A DNA stretch of 64,000 nucleotides from Sulfolobaceae archaeon (lineage in GTDB: Archaea; Thermoproteota; Thermoprotei_A; Sulfolobales; Sulfolobaceae), in assembly GCA_038893355.1 (NCBI GenBank), contig JAWARQ010000001.1, forward strand, positions 256,001-320,000, read 5' to 3'. The notes below the pieces were generated by a model that saw only the letters and a list, made by a program, of their open reading frames with translations, was not told where the DNA came from and ran no database searches. Both the position numbers and the translations under genes were made by a program. Below, in pieces: positions 45,547-60,794 of this stretch (position 1 is its first letter; the number at the start of each line of letters is the position of its first letter).

Positions 45547-45952
45547 AGAAGGAAAAGTTATAATAACGAGTGCAAGAAGGAAAAGGGCAATAGCTAAATG
45601 TTACATAAAGCCTGGAAAAGGTAGGGTTCTTATAAATGGAACTCCAGTTGAATTAATTCCCATAGAGGCTGTAAGATGGAAGATATTAGAGCCGTTACTT
45701 TTAGCAGGTAAAGAGATAGTAGAGAAAGTAGATATAGAGGTTAATGTAAGTGGTGGAGGAATTATGGGTCAGGCTGATGCTGCGAGAATGGCAATAGCCA
45801 GAGGATTAGTAAAGTTTACTAACAGTCAAGAATTAAAAGAAATATATAATGCATATGACAGAACAATGTTAGCTGGTGATCCTAGAAGGACAGAGAGGGA
45901 GAAATGGATGAGATATAGTGCAAGAAGGTGGAGACAAAAGGCTTATAGGTGA
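45539..45952 (+). CDS. rps9: 30S ribosomal protein S9 (uS9)
   Basis: [22 protein letters not shown] and C-terminal QKAYR. Confidence 0.97.
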   Translation: MSEEGKVIITSARRKRAIAKCYIKPGKGRVLINGTPVELIPIEAVRWKILEPLLLAGKEIVEKVDIEVNVSGGGIMGQADAARMAIARGLVKFTNSQELKEIYNAYDRTMLAGDPRRTEREKWMRYSARRWRQKAYR

Positions 45953-45957
45953 ACATT

Positions 45958-46158
45958 ATGATAATTCCAATTCGTTGTTTTACATGTGGTAGTTTAATTG
46001 GAGATAAATGGGAGATTTTTAGAAATAGAGTAAGCGCTGGAGAAGAGCCATCTAAAGTTCTTGACGAATTAGGTGTAAAGAGGTATTGTTGCAGAAGAAT
46101 GCTTTTATCCCATGTTGACATAATTCAAGAGGTAATACACTATACTAGACCAATTTGA
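45958..46158 (+). CDS. rpoN: RNA polymerase subunit N (Rpo10)
   Basis: [11 protein letters not shown]...RYCCRRM; AGGTGA SD before ATG 45958. Confidence 0.98.
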   Translation: MIIPIRCFTCGSLIGDKWEIFRNRVSAGEEPSKVLDELGVKRYCCRRMLLSHVDIIQEVIHYTRPI

Positions 46159-46167
46159 GGTGAGTCT

Positions 46168-46848
46168 ATGTCGGAAGATGTTGAAAAAGGAAGTGAACTG
46201 ACAGAAGAAGAGAAAGCAGAACTTCAGAAGACTGAAAAAGGAGTAATAATAGAGCTTTTAGTACCTTTAGAGAATTATTTATCTGCAGGGGTTCATATAG
46301 GTACTCATAGCTGTACAAAACAAATGGAGAGATTTGTATACAGAGTGAGGCCAGAAGGTCTTTATGTTCTAGATGTAAGAAAAATTGATGAGAGGTTAAG
46401 AATTGCTGCAAAATTTATAGCTAGGTTTCCTGCAGAATCCGTGTTAGTTGTAGCTTCTAAGCAATACGCCTTTAGACCTGCTCAAAAATTTGCTGAAGTT
46501 ACTAGAGCCAAAGTAATAACTGGTAGATTCATTCCAGGAACGTTGACTAATCCGTTACTCTCTACATATATAGAACCTGAAGTTGTAGTAATATCAGACC
46601 CGAGAACAGACACTCAGGCAGTGAGGGAAGCATACAAGAAGGGAATTCCTATTGTAGCGTTTGTTGATACTGATTCTACATTAGCTTACATAGATGTTGC
46701 AATTCCAGCCAATAATAAAGGTAGGAAGTCTTTGGCAACATTATATTGGATTTTAGCAAGGCAAGTACTTAGAGAGAGAAAAGAAATAGCACCAGATGCT
46801 GATCTTCCAATACCAGTTGAAGAATTTGAGGTGAAGTTGGCTCAGTGA
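46168..46848 (+). CDS. rps2: 30S ribosomal protein S2 (uS2)
   Basis: [17 protein letters not shown] and PANNKG motifs. Confidence 0.98.
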   Translation: MSEDVEKGSELTEEEKAELQKTEKGVIIELLVPLENYLSAGVHIGTHSCTKQMERFVYRVRPEGLYVLDVRKIDERLRIAAKFIARFPAESVLVVASKQYAFRPAQKFAEVTRAKVITGRFIPGTLTNPLLSTYIEPEVVVISDPRTDTQAVREAYKKGIPIVAFVDTDSTLAYIDVAIPANNKGRKSLATLYWILARQVLRERKEIAPDADLPIPVEEFEVKLAQ

Positions 46849-47696
46849 GGAGAAGTCCGGCTGTTGCTGGAACCTTTTATGAACTTAGTGCAAATAGATT
46901 AAGAAAGCAAATTGAATGGTGTTTTACTCACCCATTAGGTCCCGGAAGTATACCACAAGTTTCTCAAAAGAAAGAAAAAAGAGAAAACATGTTCTTTATA
47001 GTACCGCATGCAGGTTATATTTATAGCGGGCCAGTTGCTGCACATTCATATTATTATCTAGCTAATGAGGGAAAGCCAGATACTGTAATAATATTAGGTC
47101 CTAATCATACTGGTCTTGGCTCCATGGTTTCTGCCTGGCCAGAGGGTGAGTGGGATACTCCATTAGGTTCTGTAAGTATTGATAAGGAACTTTTACTAGA
47201 GCTAGTTAAGGAGACTGAAATTATTGACCTTGAAATTAAAGCTCATATTTATGAACATTCTATTGAGGTTCAAATACCATTCTTACAATACTTCTTTGGG
47301 TCTGATTTTAAAATTGTGCCGATAGCAATAATGATGCAAACTCCAGAGGTTGCGGAAGCGTTAGCTGATGGGATATCAAAGATTATTCAAAAGTCTAAAA
47401 AGGACATAGTAGTTTTAGCTAGTAGTGATCTTAATCATTATGATCCTCATGATATAACTGTCAAAAAGGACGAATTAGCTATTCAAGAAATACTTAAGCT
47501 CGATTATAAAGGGCTATATAGGGTTGTGGAGGAAAAGGACGTTACTGCATGTGGATATGGTCCGATTATGACTGTATTAATATTAGCTAAAAAATTTAAT
47601 AAGAAGCCTTATATTCTTAAGCATGCAACATCTGGTGATACTTCTGGTGATAAGAGTTCTGTAGTAGGTTATTTATCAGTGAGATTCGGTGATTAA
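46845..47696 (+). CDS. MEMO1 family protein
   Basis: [37 protein letters not shown] and CGYGP motifs. Confidence 0.95.
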   Translation: MRRSPAVAGTFYELSANRLRKQIEWCFTHPLGPGSIPQVSQKKEKRENMFFIVPHAGYIYSGPVAAHSYYYLANEGKPDTVIILGPNHTGLGSMVSAWPEGEWDTPLGSVSIDKELLLELVKETEIIDLEIKAHIYEHSIEVQIPFLQYFFGSDFKIVPIAIMMQTPEVAEALADGISKIIQKSKKDIVVLASSDLNHYDPHDITVKKDELAIQEILKLDYKGLYRVVEEKDVTACGYGPIMTVLILAKKFNKKPYILKHATSGDTSGDKSSVVGYLSVRFGD

Positions 47697-48360
47697 AGCT
47701 CCGATCCTCTTTATGGGTATTCCACTTAAAAATAAAAATAATCCATTTTTAATAATTTGGGCTAATTTCGATTCAGATTTCATATTTACTAATAAGCCTT
47801 CTACATTTCTTATGGAGTTTTATGAAAAATTAGAAGAATATACTGGAATGAAATGTAATATTTTTTTAGACCTAAGTAATAATAAATTACCTATCTCTAC
47901 TAAATATGTCACTCTATCAAAAGAGATAGTTGAGATTTGTTATAATTTCTTAACTGAAAGGGAGAAATTTGAGATCCTAAGCGATTTAGATTTTGTATTA
48001 CATAATAATACTTTAATTAAGGCCTTAAGGTTATCTCAAATTTATAAGACTCCTCTCTTATATAGAGAAGGAGAAGAGCCTGTAAAGTTAGATTTTGATC
48101 TTATAAAGGCTAGTGTAATTCAAAAATATCCTATTTCTGAATTAGTTAATGCAATAGATAATTCTTTAGTGCATCTAGTAGGAGTTTTGCCTATCTATTA
48201 CGTTCAAGAGAGAGATTATAAGTATATCCAATTAGAAAAGGGATTATGGAGTGGGATTTATGGTTTACCATTTCCATTAGAGAAAAATTTAAAGTGGATT
48301 TGGGATGGTAATTATGCTTCATTAATAGAATTTTATTTCATTTCTTCCCTTACTACTTGA
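47689..48360 (+). CDS. Hypothetical protein, possible degenerate GHMP-kinase (mevalonate kinase-like) relic
   Basis: N-terminal IKAPILFMG loosely resembles GHMP motif 1. It occupies the usual mvk slot after rps2-MEMO1, but no glycine-rich ATP loop is visible. Confidence 0.45.
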   Translation: MIKAPILFMGIPLKNKNNPFLIIWANFDSDFIFTNKPSTFLMEFYEKLEEYTGMKCNIFLDLSNNKLPISTKYVTLSKEIVEICYNFLTEREKFEILSDLDFVLHNNTLIKALRLSQIYKTPLLYREGEEPVKLDFDLIKASVIQKYPISELVNAIDNSLVHLVGVLPIYYVQERDYKYIQLEKGLWSGIYGLPFPLEKNLKWIWDGNYASLIEFYFISSLTT

Positions 48361-49535
48361 CTAAGGATCCTTATACCCCTTATAATCTGCTCCTTAGTTG
48401 GAAAACTGTAATTAAGTCTCATAGTGTTTCTACCACTACCATCAAAGTAAAAGCTTGCTCCAGGAACATACGCAACGCCTCTCTGAAGTGCTTTATCTAA
48501 CATTGATGTTGTATCTATCTTCTCGTTAACCCACATGAATACGAACATCCCACCTAATGGCTTAGTCCATTTCGCTATTGACGTAAAATTCTCTTCTATT
48601 GCTTGTAACATTACATCTCTCTTTTCCATGTAGACTCTTCTTATTCTAGGCAAATTTGCCTGTATTACCCCCCTTCTTAAGGCTTCTAGGGCTATTGCTT
48701 GACTTAATGTTGGTGTATGGAGTTCGATGTTTTGTTTAAATAATTCTAATTCGGAAATAATTTCTTCATCAGCAACTACCCAACCGAGTCTTAAACCGGG
48801 AGAGAATATTTTACTAAAGGTTCCGGTATATATTACTCTATTCTCTCTATCTAAGGCCTTTATGGCTGGTAAGTTATCTGACTGGAAAGTTAAAAATCCA
48901 TACGCATCGTCTTCTACAATAAGGAAATTATATTCACTAGCCAATTCTAGCAACCTTCTTCTTTTCTCTAATGACATAGTTACACCAGCAGGATTCTGGG
49001 CAGTTGGAATCGTATAAAGTAACTTTACCCTCTTACCTTCATTCTTAATTCTCTTCAAGATATTCTCTAGTTGGTTTATATTCAATCCATCATCTTCCAA
49101 ATCTACACCATAAAATATGGGTCTTCTTGTTCTTAGTACATTTAGCGCTGCTAGGTATGTAGGCTTCTCTACTATTACCACATCGCCTGGATCCACTAGT
49201 ATATTAAATATCATATATAAAGCTTCTTGACTACCTACAGTAACAATTATATTATTCTCATTTATATTTATAATACCTCTTAATCTTGATAAGTTTACTA
49301 ACTCTCTCCTAAATTCAAGAATTCCTGCGGTAGCAGAGTACTGAAGTACTGAAGAAGAATGTTTTTCGATAACTTCCTCTGCTATTTTTTTAATATCCTC
49401 TACAGGGAAGGTAGAGGGGTCTGGAAGCCCTCCTGCAAAACTGATTACGTCTCTACCCTCTGTAAGTTTTAGTAGGTCTCTAATTTCAGATGCTCTTAAT
49501 AATTCAGTATCTCTAGAAAGGAATTGTTTAATCAA
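48333..49535 (-). CDS. PLP-dependent class I aminotransferase (LysN/aromatic-type)
   Basis: [18 protein letters not shown] and [15 protein letters not shown] motifs. Confidence 0.92.
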   Translation of the reverse strand: MIKQFLSRDTELLRASEIRDLLKLTEGRDVISFAGGLPDPSTFPVEDIKKIAEEVIEKHSSSVLQYSATAGILEFRRELVNLSRLRGIININENNIIVTVGSQEALYMIFNILVDPGDVVIVEKPTYLAALNVLRTRRPIFYGVDLEDDGLNINQLENILKRIKNEGKRVKLLYTIPTAQNPAGVTMSLEKRRRLLELASEYNFLIVEDDAYGFLTFQSDNLPAIKALDRENRVIYTGTFSKIFSPGLRLGWVVADEEIISELELFKQNIELHTPTLSQAIALEALRRGVIQANLPRIRRVYMEKRDVMLQAIEENFTSIAKWTKPLGGMFVFMWVNEKIDTTSMLDKALQRGVAYVPGASFYFDGSGRNTMRLNYSFPTKEQIIRGIRILSQVVREEMK

Positions 49536-49578
49536 GATCTCACATTAGTTTAATATTCCCAAATCTATTTAACTTTAT

Positions 49579-50364
49579 GTGAGCGAGTGGAGAGCTGAAA
49601 TAATTTCTATAGGTAATGAATTGCTTAGTGGTAAGACTATAAATACTAATGCATCTCATATCGCTAAGAGGCTTACTTCATTAGGATATACAGTACGGAG
49701 AATAACTACTGTAGGTGATTATATTGATGATATAGTAAGTGCCTTTAGGGAGGCGATTAATAGAAGACCGTTATTAATAATATCAACTGGTGGATTAGGT
49801 CCTACTTATGATGATAAAACTGCAGAAGCATTGGCAATAGCTTTAGAAGATAAATTAGTTGAGAATCCAATTGCTCTTGAGATGATAGTGGAAAAGTATA
49901 GGAGAAGAAATATTGAGATAACTCCAGAAAGGAGAAAGATGGCATATATGCCGAGTAAGGCTATACCAGTAGAAAATAATCAAGGTATTGCGCCGGGTAT
50001 CTACATAATTTATAATAATATAGAAATTCTGGCAACACCTGGAGTTCCAAGAGAAATGGAGGATGTTCTAGAAAATTTCATTCGCAAATACCTTAAAAAT
50101 AAACCTAATGTAAAATACTATGAGGAAACTTTTGAGGTTGAGGGTGTAATGGAGTCTACTATAGCACCTTATGTTAAGGAATTAGTTAATAAATATAATC
50201 TATACATAAAGACACACCCTAAGGGTTATGAGGTTCAAAGACCCTATATTGAAGTTCAGATAGCCGGAAGTGGAGATGAGAAAGTCAGAGATCTTGTCAA
50301 AGAATGTAAAGAAGAGCTTATTAAAATATTTCTTAAACTTGGAGGTAAGTTAAGAAGTCAATAA
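49579..50364 (+). CDS. CinA N-terminal-domain (MocF-like) protein
   Basis: [21 protein letters not shown] and PGVPREM motifs. No C-terminal PncC domain. Confidence 0.88.
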   Translation: MSEWRAEIISIGNELLSGKTINTNASHIAKRLTSLGYTVRRITTVGDYIDDIVSAFREAINRRPLLIISTGGLGPTYDDKTAEALAIALEDKLVENPIALEMIVEKYRRRNIEITPERRKMAYMPSKAIPVENNQGIAPGIYIIYNNIEILATPGVPREMEDVLENFIRKYLKNKPNVKYYEETFEVEGVMESTIAPYVKELVNKYNLYIKTHPKGYEVQRPYIEVQIAGSGDEKVRDLVKECKEELIKIFLKLGGKLRSQ

Positions 50365-51109
50365 TTAGTTTACTAATTAGATCTGGTGCTTCTAAATTTA
50401 AGAAATGGCCATATCCATTAACTACATGATATCTTAGATTCCTAACTTTTCTCTTGAACGCATCTAGGCTAGTAATAAATCTGTCCTCACTACCATAAAT
50501 TACTAGTACTGGAGATCTTATTATATCAAGCTTATCAGTATAATCTGGTGCTTCCACTAGACCTTCAACAGTATATTTGAAACCTAATGGAGTATTTTCT
50601 TGATAAATTGATAAGAAATCACTCCATACTCTTTGATTTTCAGTAAGGTATCTTGTAAAGTCTCCGTTTTTTCTTCTATACTCTGCTAACGCCCTCATAC
50701 CAAAGTTCATTGCAATACTTAAATACCTCTCATAAATATCTTTCGATGGTGCACTTACTAATGCTCCAATCAGAATTAACACTTCTACGTCATTTTCAAT
50801 TGCATAATCTATTGCGATAAGCGAGCCTATGGAATGTCCTACTAATATAGGTCTTCTTATGTTAAGAAGGTCTAATAATCCTTTTAAATCGTCTCGGTGA
50901 TCTTGTATTCTATACTTCCCTGGCACTATTTCAGACCTACCATGACCTCTAAGGTCGTAAGCAATTACTCTATACTTATCTAAGAAATAAGGTAAGACAT
51001 ATTTCCAACTTCTTAAGGATCCTGCAAGGTGGTGAATAAAAACTATCGGCTTTCCTATTCCTTTATCCTCGTAGTATATTCTTACTCCATTAATAAGAGC
51101 TACGGGCAT
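50333..51109 (-). CDS. Alpha/beta hydrolase
   Basis: DLRGHGRS, nucleophile elbow GHSIG, GSED and GH catalytic triad. Confidence 0.9.
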   Translation of the reverse strand: MPVALINGVRIYYEDKGIGKPIVFIHHLAGSLRSWKYVLPYFLDKYRVIAYDLRGHGRSEIVPGKYRIQDHRDDLKGLLDLLNIRRPILVGHSIGSLIAIDYAIENDVEVLILIGALVSAPSKDIYERYLSIAMNFGMRALAEYRRKNGDFTRYLTENQRVWSDFLSIYQENTPLGFKYTVEGLVEAPDYTDKLDIIRSPVLVIYGSEDRFITSLDAFKRKVRNLRYHVVNGYGHFLNLEAPDLISKLIIDFLTYLQV

Positions 51110-52733
51110 TAATGAATTGTAGTATTTTATCTAAATAAATTTCACATAAGACTATTGGATAACTTATTTCATACTCCTCAAGAACTATAGGGTTTATTTC
51201 ACCTATTACTCCAATTATTGTATTACCAGATACTATCTTTGCGCTTCTACCGTTAATAAAAATTTTATCATCGTACCTTACATATTCCGGATTTAGTCCA
51301 AGATTTTTCAATATCTCATGAACATCAGCCTGTAACTCCTCATAGCTCACTTTACTATTCATTATTGCTAATACCATCCTACGGCGATTTCTATAATTTG
51401 TCTCACTAGTTTCGTCTCGCTCTACAACATCTCCTATTTCAAATACTCTTACTGGAAATCTTACATATTGATTTTTCTTTAAAAATAATAGTATAGAGGG
51501 TATTAGTGAATTTCTAACGGCATTGTATTCTTCAGATACTGGATTTAAGATCCTAACGTATTCTCCTTCTAAATATTTTGACGAGATTAATACGAAATTA
51601 AAGACTTCTTCAAATCTGGCACCTATCGCCAAATCTCTTAATAAATTTGTAAGTTTATTAATTTCTAAAACTTCACCTTTTGTAGATATTTGATATTTTT
51701 CTGGTTCCAGTTTATCATAACCTATCATCATCGCAACTTCTTCCACAATATCTATTTCTTCTAGCAAGTCTACTCTATAGGGTGGGACCACTACCTTAAT
51801 TTTATTCTCTCCTAGGTTTTCTACATATAATCTAGCCCTTAAAAGTAACCTTATTACTTCTTCTTTAGTTAAATTAACTCCTAAAATTTTATTTATATAG
51901 GGAATTTCTACAGTTATTTCTCTTCTAGACAATAATGGAGAGACTGTTGCATAATCCGAGTTTACTTTTATAATACCTATTTTTGCCCCACTTTCTGCAA
52001 AATTTGTTACTAATATGTCAAGTGTTTGTGAAACAGCTTCTAACGAGGTTCCAGTAACGTCTATAAAAAGATTCCTTGTTGAAGTATCTAACCTAGTTTT
52101 TTCGGAATTTATTACTGGTGGAATACTGAGTACTTTTCCATCTTGTTGAAGTATTGCTGGTAATTTACCCTCATATAGCGATATGCTACCATATTCTCTC
52201 CCTTGTGGTGTTGCTTCTAAAACTTCTTTAACCGACATTTCTGATCTGTAGCCTAATGGGATAAATTTATACTCTAATGGTACTTCTTGATAAAGGATTG
52301 TTTTACCATCAATTTTATCCAAATCATGAAGTCCTATCGCAACCTTTTTTCTTTTCCTACCTATTGTTGAATGTAACTTCTCTTGAAATTGAATTATCTC
52401 TCTTAAGTATTCGTCATCAATCTTTAAATCATAAATTACTGCACCAAGAACGTAGGGTCTGCTTCTTACCTTACCTACTATTAGTTCGTAATTTGTATTA
52501 ATTATATCATATTTGGCTTCTCCTAATTTTCTCTCTAATAAACCATCTATTGCTCTCTTAATACCATCACTTATTAACAAATCTAAACGATCCGCATTAA
52601 TCTCTATTTCTATATTATTCTCATCTAATAATTTTGATTCAGATTTTAGTTTAAATAGTAAATCCTCAAGTTGTGATTCATCTATATTTAATTTTTTAAG
52701 TAATTTATATTTATTAAAAATAACAGTTGGCAT
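51090..52733 (-). CDS. pheT: Phenylalanyl-tRNA synthetase beta subunit
   Basis: QEKLH.TIGRKR..AIGLHD, PPVINS and PPYRVD.....DIVEE motifs. Confidence 0.97.
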   Translation of the reverse strand: MPTVIFNKYKLLKKLNIDESQLEDLLFKLKSESKLLDENNIEIEINADRLDLLISDGIKRAIDGLLERKLGEAKYDIINTNYELIVGKVRSRPYVLGAVIYDLKIDDEYLREIIQFQEKLHSTIGRKRKKVAIGLHDLDKIDGKTILYQEVPLEYKFIPLGYRSEMSVKEVLEATPQGREYGSISLYEGKLPAILQQDGKVLSIPPVINSEKTRLDTSTRNLFIDVTGTSLEAVSQTLDILVTNFAESGAKIGIIKVNSDYATVSPLLSRREITVEIPYINKILGVNLTKEEVIRLLLRARLYVENLGENKIKVVVPPYRVDLLEEIDIVEEVAMMIGYDKLEPEKYQISTKGEVLEINKLTNLLRDLAIGARFEEVFNFVLISSKYLEGEYVRILNPVSEEYNAVRNSLIPSILLFLKKNQYVRFPVRVFEIGDVVERDETSETNYRNRRRMVLAIMNSKVSYEELQADVHEILKNLGLNPEYVRYDDKIFINGRSAKIVSGNTIIGVIGEINPIVLEEYEISYPIVLCEIYLDKILQFINARSSY

Positions 52734-54130
52734 TAATAGGTCACCTTTCTCTGCCTTAAATATTCAATATTATCAGCATACAATAATCTAATATCATTAA
52801 CACCCAAGAAAGCCATAGCGATTCTCTCTAAACCCATACCCCATGCTCCAGCTACTTCATCTATTCCTGCCGGTTTAACTACTTCTGGTCTTAATAAGCC
52901 AGCCCCACATACTTCTACCCAACCAAGCTTCTCTAGATATCCATAAACTTCAACACTTGGTTCTGTGAATGGAAAGTAAGCTGGCTTAAATTTTATCTTC
53001 TTTATTCCAAGTCTCTCATGAATCTCTTTTAGAAGTCCTAACAATTTTCTGAAATTAAATCCTTCTTCTATAATTAATCCATCCATTTGGTGGAATTCTA
53101 TAAGGTGTGTTGCATCAATCTTATCCGGCCTAAATACTTTTCCTATTGTAAATACCCTAATTGGTATTTTTGGTCTTGACGCAATTATTCTGGCAGTAGT
53201 TGCTGTAGTCTGACTTCTTAGTACGAGTTTCTTTGAAATATCCTCACTCCATTTATACTTCCACTTCTCCTCATGCACCTTCTTAACATTTTGCATTAAA
53301 TTCTCATCAACTATTCTTCCTACCCCTTGTACTGAAAAATTATCATGAATCTCTCTAGCAGGATGGTCTTGAGGTTGAAATAATAGGTCAAAATTATAAA
53401 ATTCTAATTCGACGTAATCTGAGGAAACTTCCCTAAACCCTAACTCCTTCATCACCTCTCTGACTTTCTCTAAAAATTCGACCATAAAATGCTTCTTTCC
53501 AATTGGAACGTATGGAGGTAATGCTGTTACATTATATTCCCTGAGCTTATAATTCCTCCATTTTCCAGTCTTTAATAGGTCAGAAGTTAAAAACGTTAAG
53601 TATTCCTCCTCTTTTTCAATTTGCCTTAATAATTCTACTTCAACATTTAATATTTCTACTCTTTTAATTAAGTTTCTCTGCTCTAAAATTCTTAAGACAT
53701 CTTGTGGTGCATTTTCTGGGTTTCTTAAAAAGTTAATTTCGGGCGAAGTATAGTCTTCTATTAATGGAATTACCATGCCGCCCTCTATTTTTATCAATCC
53801 TTTTCTCTTAGCCCAACCTACTGCAATATCGAAATCTTTCCCCATCTCATCTTTTAAATCTTTTAAAGGTCTAGGTTTGCCTCCTAGCTTCTTTATTAGT
53901 AAATCTTCAGGCAAACCTTCCCTTAATCTCTTATAACCTTCTTCAGTAAGTTCGTGTATTATTTTTTCAAATCTTTTCACTTCGACTATTCCTTTTGATT
54001 TTAACAACTCTAGTAAACTAATTACTGAACTTTTAGGCAAGTTTAATTGAGTAGATAGCTCCTCTAAATTAGATTTACCATTTTTTTGTTTTAAAAAATT
54101 TATTATCTTTAATTCTCCTTCACTATACAT
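52733..54130 (-). CDS. pheS: Phenylalanyl-tRNA synthetase alpha subunit
   Basis: QPQDHPARE, FRPD..DATH..EFHQ, YFPFTEPS and GLER motifs. Confidence 0.97.
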   Translation of the reverse strand: MYSEGELKIINFLKQKNGKSNLEELSTQLNLPKSSVISLLELLKSKGIVEVKRFEKIIHELTEEGYKRLREGLPEDLLIKKLGGKPRPLKDLKDEMGKDFDIAVGWAKRKGLIKIEGGMVIPLIEDYTSPEINFLRNPENAPQDVLRILEQRNLIKRVEILNVEVELLRQIEKEEEYLTFLTSDLLKTGKWRNYKLREYNVTALPPYVPIGKKHFMVEFLEKVREVMKELGFREVSSDYVELEFYNFDLLFQPQDHPAREIHDNFSVQGVGRIVDENLMQNVKKVHEEKWKYKWSEDISKKLVLRSQTTATTARIIASRPKIPIRVFTIGKVFRPDKIDATHLIEFHQMDGLIIEEGFNFRKLLGLLKEIHERLGIKKIKFKPAYFPFTEPSVEVYGYLEKLGWVEVCGAGLLRPEVVKPAGIDEVAGAWGMGLERIAMAFLGVNDIRLLYADNIEYLRQRKVTY

Positions 54131-54136
54131 TTACTA

Positions 54137-54820
54137 TCACAATTCAATTTCTTCTCCTGGTTTTAAAATAAGTACACTATATCCCTTTTTCTTTACTAGT
54201 TCTGCGAACAAGTTCGGATCTGATTTAATGAGATCCCATGTATTGTAATGTATTGGTATTGCAGCCTTTCTTGGTTTTATGAGCTCCACTGCTATTGAAG
54301 CTTGATATGGATCCATTGTAAATCTTCCACCTATAGGCAATAAGGCATAGTCTGGTCTAAAGATCTCACCAATAAGTCTCATGTCTTCGAATACTCCAGT
54401 ATCCCCCGCATGGTATATCGTAACTCTTCCATCAGATATAACAACACCCATAGGATCAGAGTATTGACTAGAATGTACTGCTTTAGTTAGTGCTAGCTTT
54501 AATCCATCAAATTCAACATATCCTCCTACATTTGCCGGTATCATTCTTTCCCATGCAATATTAAATTTCTCAGCTAAGTAAGCTTCCAGATCATAACTAG
54601 TAAATAACTTTGCCTTAGGATTATTCTTTAGGAGTTCTACTGTATCTCCTAAATGATCATAATGATCATGTGTTACTGCAATTAAATCTACATTATTTTT
54701 AAAGAAATCTAACTTTACCGGTGATAATGGGTTGTCCTTTATCATAGGGTCAATTAGTACCCTCTTATTCTGGATGTTAAGCTCTACTGCTGCATGACCT
54801 AACCACTTAAGCCTAGCCAT
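54137..54820 (-). CDS. Metallo-beta-lactamase fold hydrolase (UPF0173)
   Basis: [26 protein letters not shown] and PIHYNTW motifs. Confidence 0.92.
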   Translation of the reverse strand: MARLKWLGHAAVELNIQNKRVLIDPMIKDNPLSPVKLDFFKNNVDLIAVTHDHYDHLGDTVELLKNNPKAKLFTSYDLEAYLAEKFNIAWERMIPANVGGYVEFDGLKLALTKAVHSSQYSDPMGVVISDGRVTIYHAGDTGVFEDMRLIGEIFRPDYALLPIGGRFTMDPYQASIAVELIKPRKAAIPIHYNTWDLIKSDPNLFAELVKKKGYSVLILKPGEEIEL

Positions 54821-54875
54821 AATTGCATTTTAGAAAATTAGAAATTAAAAACTATTAATACAATATCACATCTAG

Positions 54876-55778
54876 ATGAGTGAAGAAGAATTAGAATTCT
54901 TAATAAAGGCAGGGAAGATTGCTGCAAAGGCTAGAGAAGAAGGTTTAAGATTAATAAAGCCAGGAGTGAAAGTATTTGAAATTTGTGAAAGGGTTGAGGA
55001 AATAATAATTAGGGAAGGCGCTAGACCAGCGTTTCCATGTAATCTTTCTATAAATTATGAGGCGGCACACTACTCTCCAATTTTAAATGATGAAAAGGTA
55101 ATTCCAGAAGGGGCTATTGTAAAGTTAGATGTAGGTGCACAAATTAACGGTTACATAACAGATACAGCTGTTACTATCGTACTTGATGATAAGTACCAAA
55201 AACTCGCAGATGCGGCTCGGGATGCTCTAGCTGCAGCAATATCGAACTTTAAAGTAGGTGTAAGTTTAGGCGATATTGGAAGGGTTATTGAGAAGGTTAT
55301 TAAGATGTATGGCTTTAAGCCAATTAGAAATTTAGGAGGTCACTTAATTAGGAGATATGAATTACATGCAGGAATCTTTGTTCCTAATGTTTCAGATAGA
55401 AGTCCTTGGAGAATCCAGAAAGGTCAAGTTTTTGCAATTGAGCCTTTTGCAACTAATGGTGGGGGCGAGGTAATAGAAGGAAAAGAAGTCACGATTTATG
55501 CCTTAAAGAATTATACTGAGAAAAATCTAACTCAAAAAGAATCAATTTTAGTTAAGGAAATATATAATAGATTTTATACTCTTCCATTTAACGAGAGGTG
55601 GTTAAGAGATATTATGCAACCCATTGAATTGAGGGAAGTCTTAAGAAATTTAGTTAAAAAGAATGTATTGCGACAATATCCTATTTTAATTGAGTCTAAG
55701 AAGGGAATTGTTACACAATTCGAGCATACTGTATATGTAGATTCTGATAGACCTATTGTACTAACTGATAAGGGTTAG
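54876..55778 (+). CDS. map: Methionine aminopeptidase type II
   Basis: AFPCN, AAHY, KLDVG, DTA, GH...LHAG, AIEPF and QFEHT motifs. Confidence 0.96.
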   Translation: MSEEELEFLIKAGKIAAKAREEGLRLIKPGVKVFEICERVEEIIIREGARPAFPCNLSINYEAAHYSPILNDEKVIPEGAIVKLDVGAQINGYITDTAVTIVLDDKYQKLADAARDALAAAISNFKVGVSLGDIGRVIEKVIKMYGFKPIRNLGGHLIRRYELHAGIFVPNVSDRSPWRIQKGQVFAIEPFATNGGGEVIEGKEVTIYALKNYTEKNLTQKESILVKEIYNRFYTLPFNERWLRDIMQPIELREVLRNLVKKNVLRQYPILIESKKGIVTQFEHTVYVDSDRPIVLTDKG

Positions 55779-55928
55779 AAATTTTTAATCTAAATTAAAA
55801 TTTAATTAATTAAATATTTAGATAGAAACCGTTAACTACAAAATTTTAATTTTTAGGAAGTATTGTGTAGAAAGTTAGATCTCATGAAAACTTAATTTCT
55901 CCAATTACTACGACTAAATTAGGTATAA

Positions 55929-57095
55929 ATGGTGTTGTTATTAAATTCCGTAATTGTGTTAGCACAATCCACACAAACTTCATCTTCAGTAGATCAACTA
56001 AGCGCAATTCTACCAGCTCTACCTCTATACATCTTCTTTTTATTAGCGATTTTACTTTCAATGCCTGGAATAGGCCAAAGGTTTCAAATTTCATTAATGG
56101 CTAGAGGAATAGAGCAGGAGATAGAAAGAATAGGAAGGTTTGCAGTAGATGCAAAAATGTTAACAGAAAGGCTACTTAAGGATAAAGGGGTAGAGGATGC
56201 GAAGGGTTTGACAGAGAAGCTAAGTGAAATGTTCATTATTGATCCAGTTAGTGTTGAACCCACTGATATAATCTCGCGTATGAGACATCTACTAAGAAGT
56301 AGTGAAGATAAGATTAGGAATATAATAATTAAAGCAGCGCCCAATATTGATCCAGTTACAAGAAGTAAAATTGAAGTTTCAGCAGAAATAACTAATGCTC
56401 TAAATATAATATACAAGATATTAAAACACTATTTAATTTTAGCAAAGAAACTTAATAGCTTAATATACTTATACCAACTTCAAAATATAGTACCTATAAT
56501 TGTTAAGTATGCTGAAGCTTATGTTAGAGCACAGAAGGTGTTTTTAGACGGTATACCAGTTGGAGATTCATTAGGTCCATTAGTTGCATCTAGATTTATA
56601 TTAAATGGTAAAATAGTTAATAAATGGTCTCCAAGTAGAGATACTGTTGCAGTAGAGACTGAATTTGAAGGTAGAAAGCTAATTATAGTGAAGGCAGAAG
56701 GACCAATGGCAACTGTAGGTACGCCAGGGGAAGCTGTAGCAAATGTGATAGAGAAGTTAGGAGGTAAGGTTGCAAGGATAATAACTGTTGATGCTGCATT
56801 AAGATTAGAGAGTGAGACTACTGGAATTATTGCAGAAGGTACTGGTGTTGCAATGGGTGATCCAGGGCCTGAAAAAATAGCAATAGAGAGGGTTGCAGTA
56901 AAGTATGGAATACCTATTGATGCTATAATAGTGAAGATGAGTATGGAAGAGGCTATAACTGAGATGAGAAAAGAAATATATCAAGCTGCTGATAAAGTAG
57001 TTGAAATGGTTAAAAAGTCAATATTAGAGAGGACGAATGTCGGAGATACAGTTATATTAGTAGGTGTTGGAAACACTGTTGGTGTAGCGCAGTGA
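55929..57095 (+). CDS. DUF1512-like membrane-anchored protein
   Basis: N-terminal TM segment, then [30 protein letters not shown] and GVGNT.GV.Q. Confidence 0.8.
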   Translation: MVLLLNSVIVLAQSTQTSSSVDQLSAILPALPLYIFFLLAILLSMPGIGQRFQISLMARGIEQEIERIGRFAVDAKMLTERLLKDKGVEDAKGLTEKLSEMFIIDPVSVEPTDIISRMRHLLRSSEDKIRNIIIKAAPNIDPVTRSKIEVSAEITNALNIIYKILKHYLILAKKLNSLIYLYQLQNIVPIIVKYAEAYVRAQKVFLDGIPVGDSLGPLVASRFILNGKIVNKWSPSRDTVAVETEFEGRKLIIVKAEGPMATVGTPGEAVANVIEKLGGKVARIITVDAALRLESETTGIIAEGTGVAMGDPGPEKIAIERVAVKYGIPIDAIIVKMSMEEAITEMRKEIYQAADKVVEMVKKSILERTNVGDTVILVGVGNTVGVAQ

Positions 57096-57283
57096 GTTCT
57101 GAAATCTTATCCAGACCTAAAGTTATTACAGTTATAAAATGTTTAACTTGCGATTATTCTGAGGAGAGACAGTTTCAGGTTGGCGATTATGTAATGAAAG
57201 TTATTGAGGATAAAAAGTGTCCGAAGGATGGGGGAGAGTTAAGAATTATTGGTATATATGCTTTACCCGAACAGCGAAAATGA
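57092..57283 (+). CDS. Small Zn-ribbon-like protein
   Basis: CLTC...R.FQ.GDYV...CPKD...IIGIY; GTGA overlap with the DUF1512 gene. Confidence 0.75.
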   Translation: MSSEILSRPKVITVIKCLTCDYSEERQFQVGDYVMKVIEDKKCPKDGGELRIIGIYALPEQRK

Positions 57284-57284
57284 A

Positions 57285-57298
57285 TAGTTTTTTAAGTT
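57285..57298 (+). promoter_or_regulatory. TATA box of the 5S rRNA gene (T-run may also terminate the upstream operon)
   Basis: TTTTTTAAG lies about 25-30 nt upstream of 57318. Confidence 0.55.
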
Positions 57299-57317
57299 AA
57301 TGTGTAAATAATTAATT

Positions 57318-57440
57318 GCCCACCCGGCCATAGTGGGCGGGCAACACCCGGACTCATTTCGAACCCGGAAGTTAAGCCGCCCACGTTGCAAGGGCCGTGG
57401 GATCCGCGAGGGCCCGCAGCCCTTGCAAGCCGGGATGGGC
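57318..57440 (+). rRNA. rrf: 5S rRNA (unlinked from 16S-23S)
   Basis: GC-rich 123 nt. Ends pair (GCCCACCCGGC...GCCGGGATGGGC), and it contains the conserved CACCCGGACTCATTTCGAACCCGGAAGTTAAG. Confidence 0.97.
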
Positions 57441-57471
57441 ATTTATCTACTAGTCTTCAAATTTTTATAAT

Positions 57472-60793
<3,322 letters not shown>

Positions 60794-60794
<1 letters not shown>

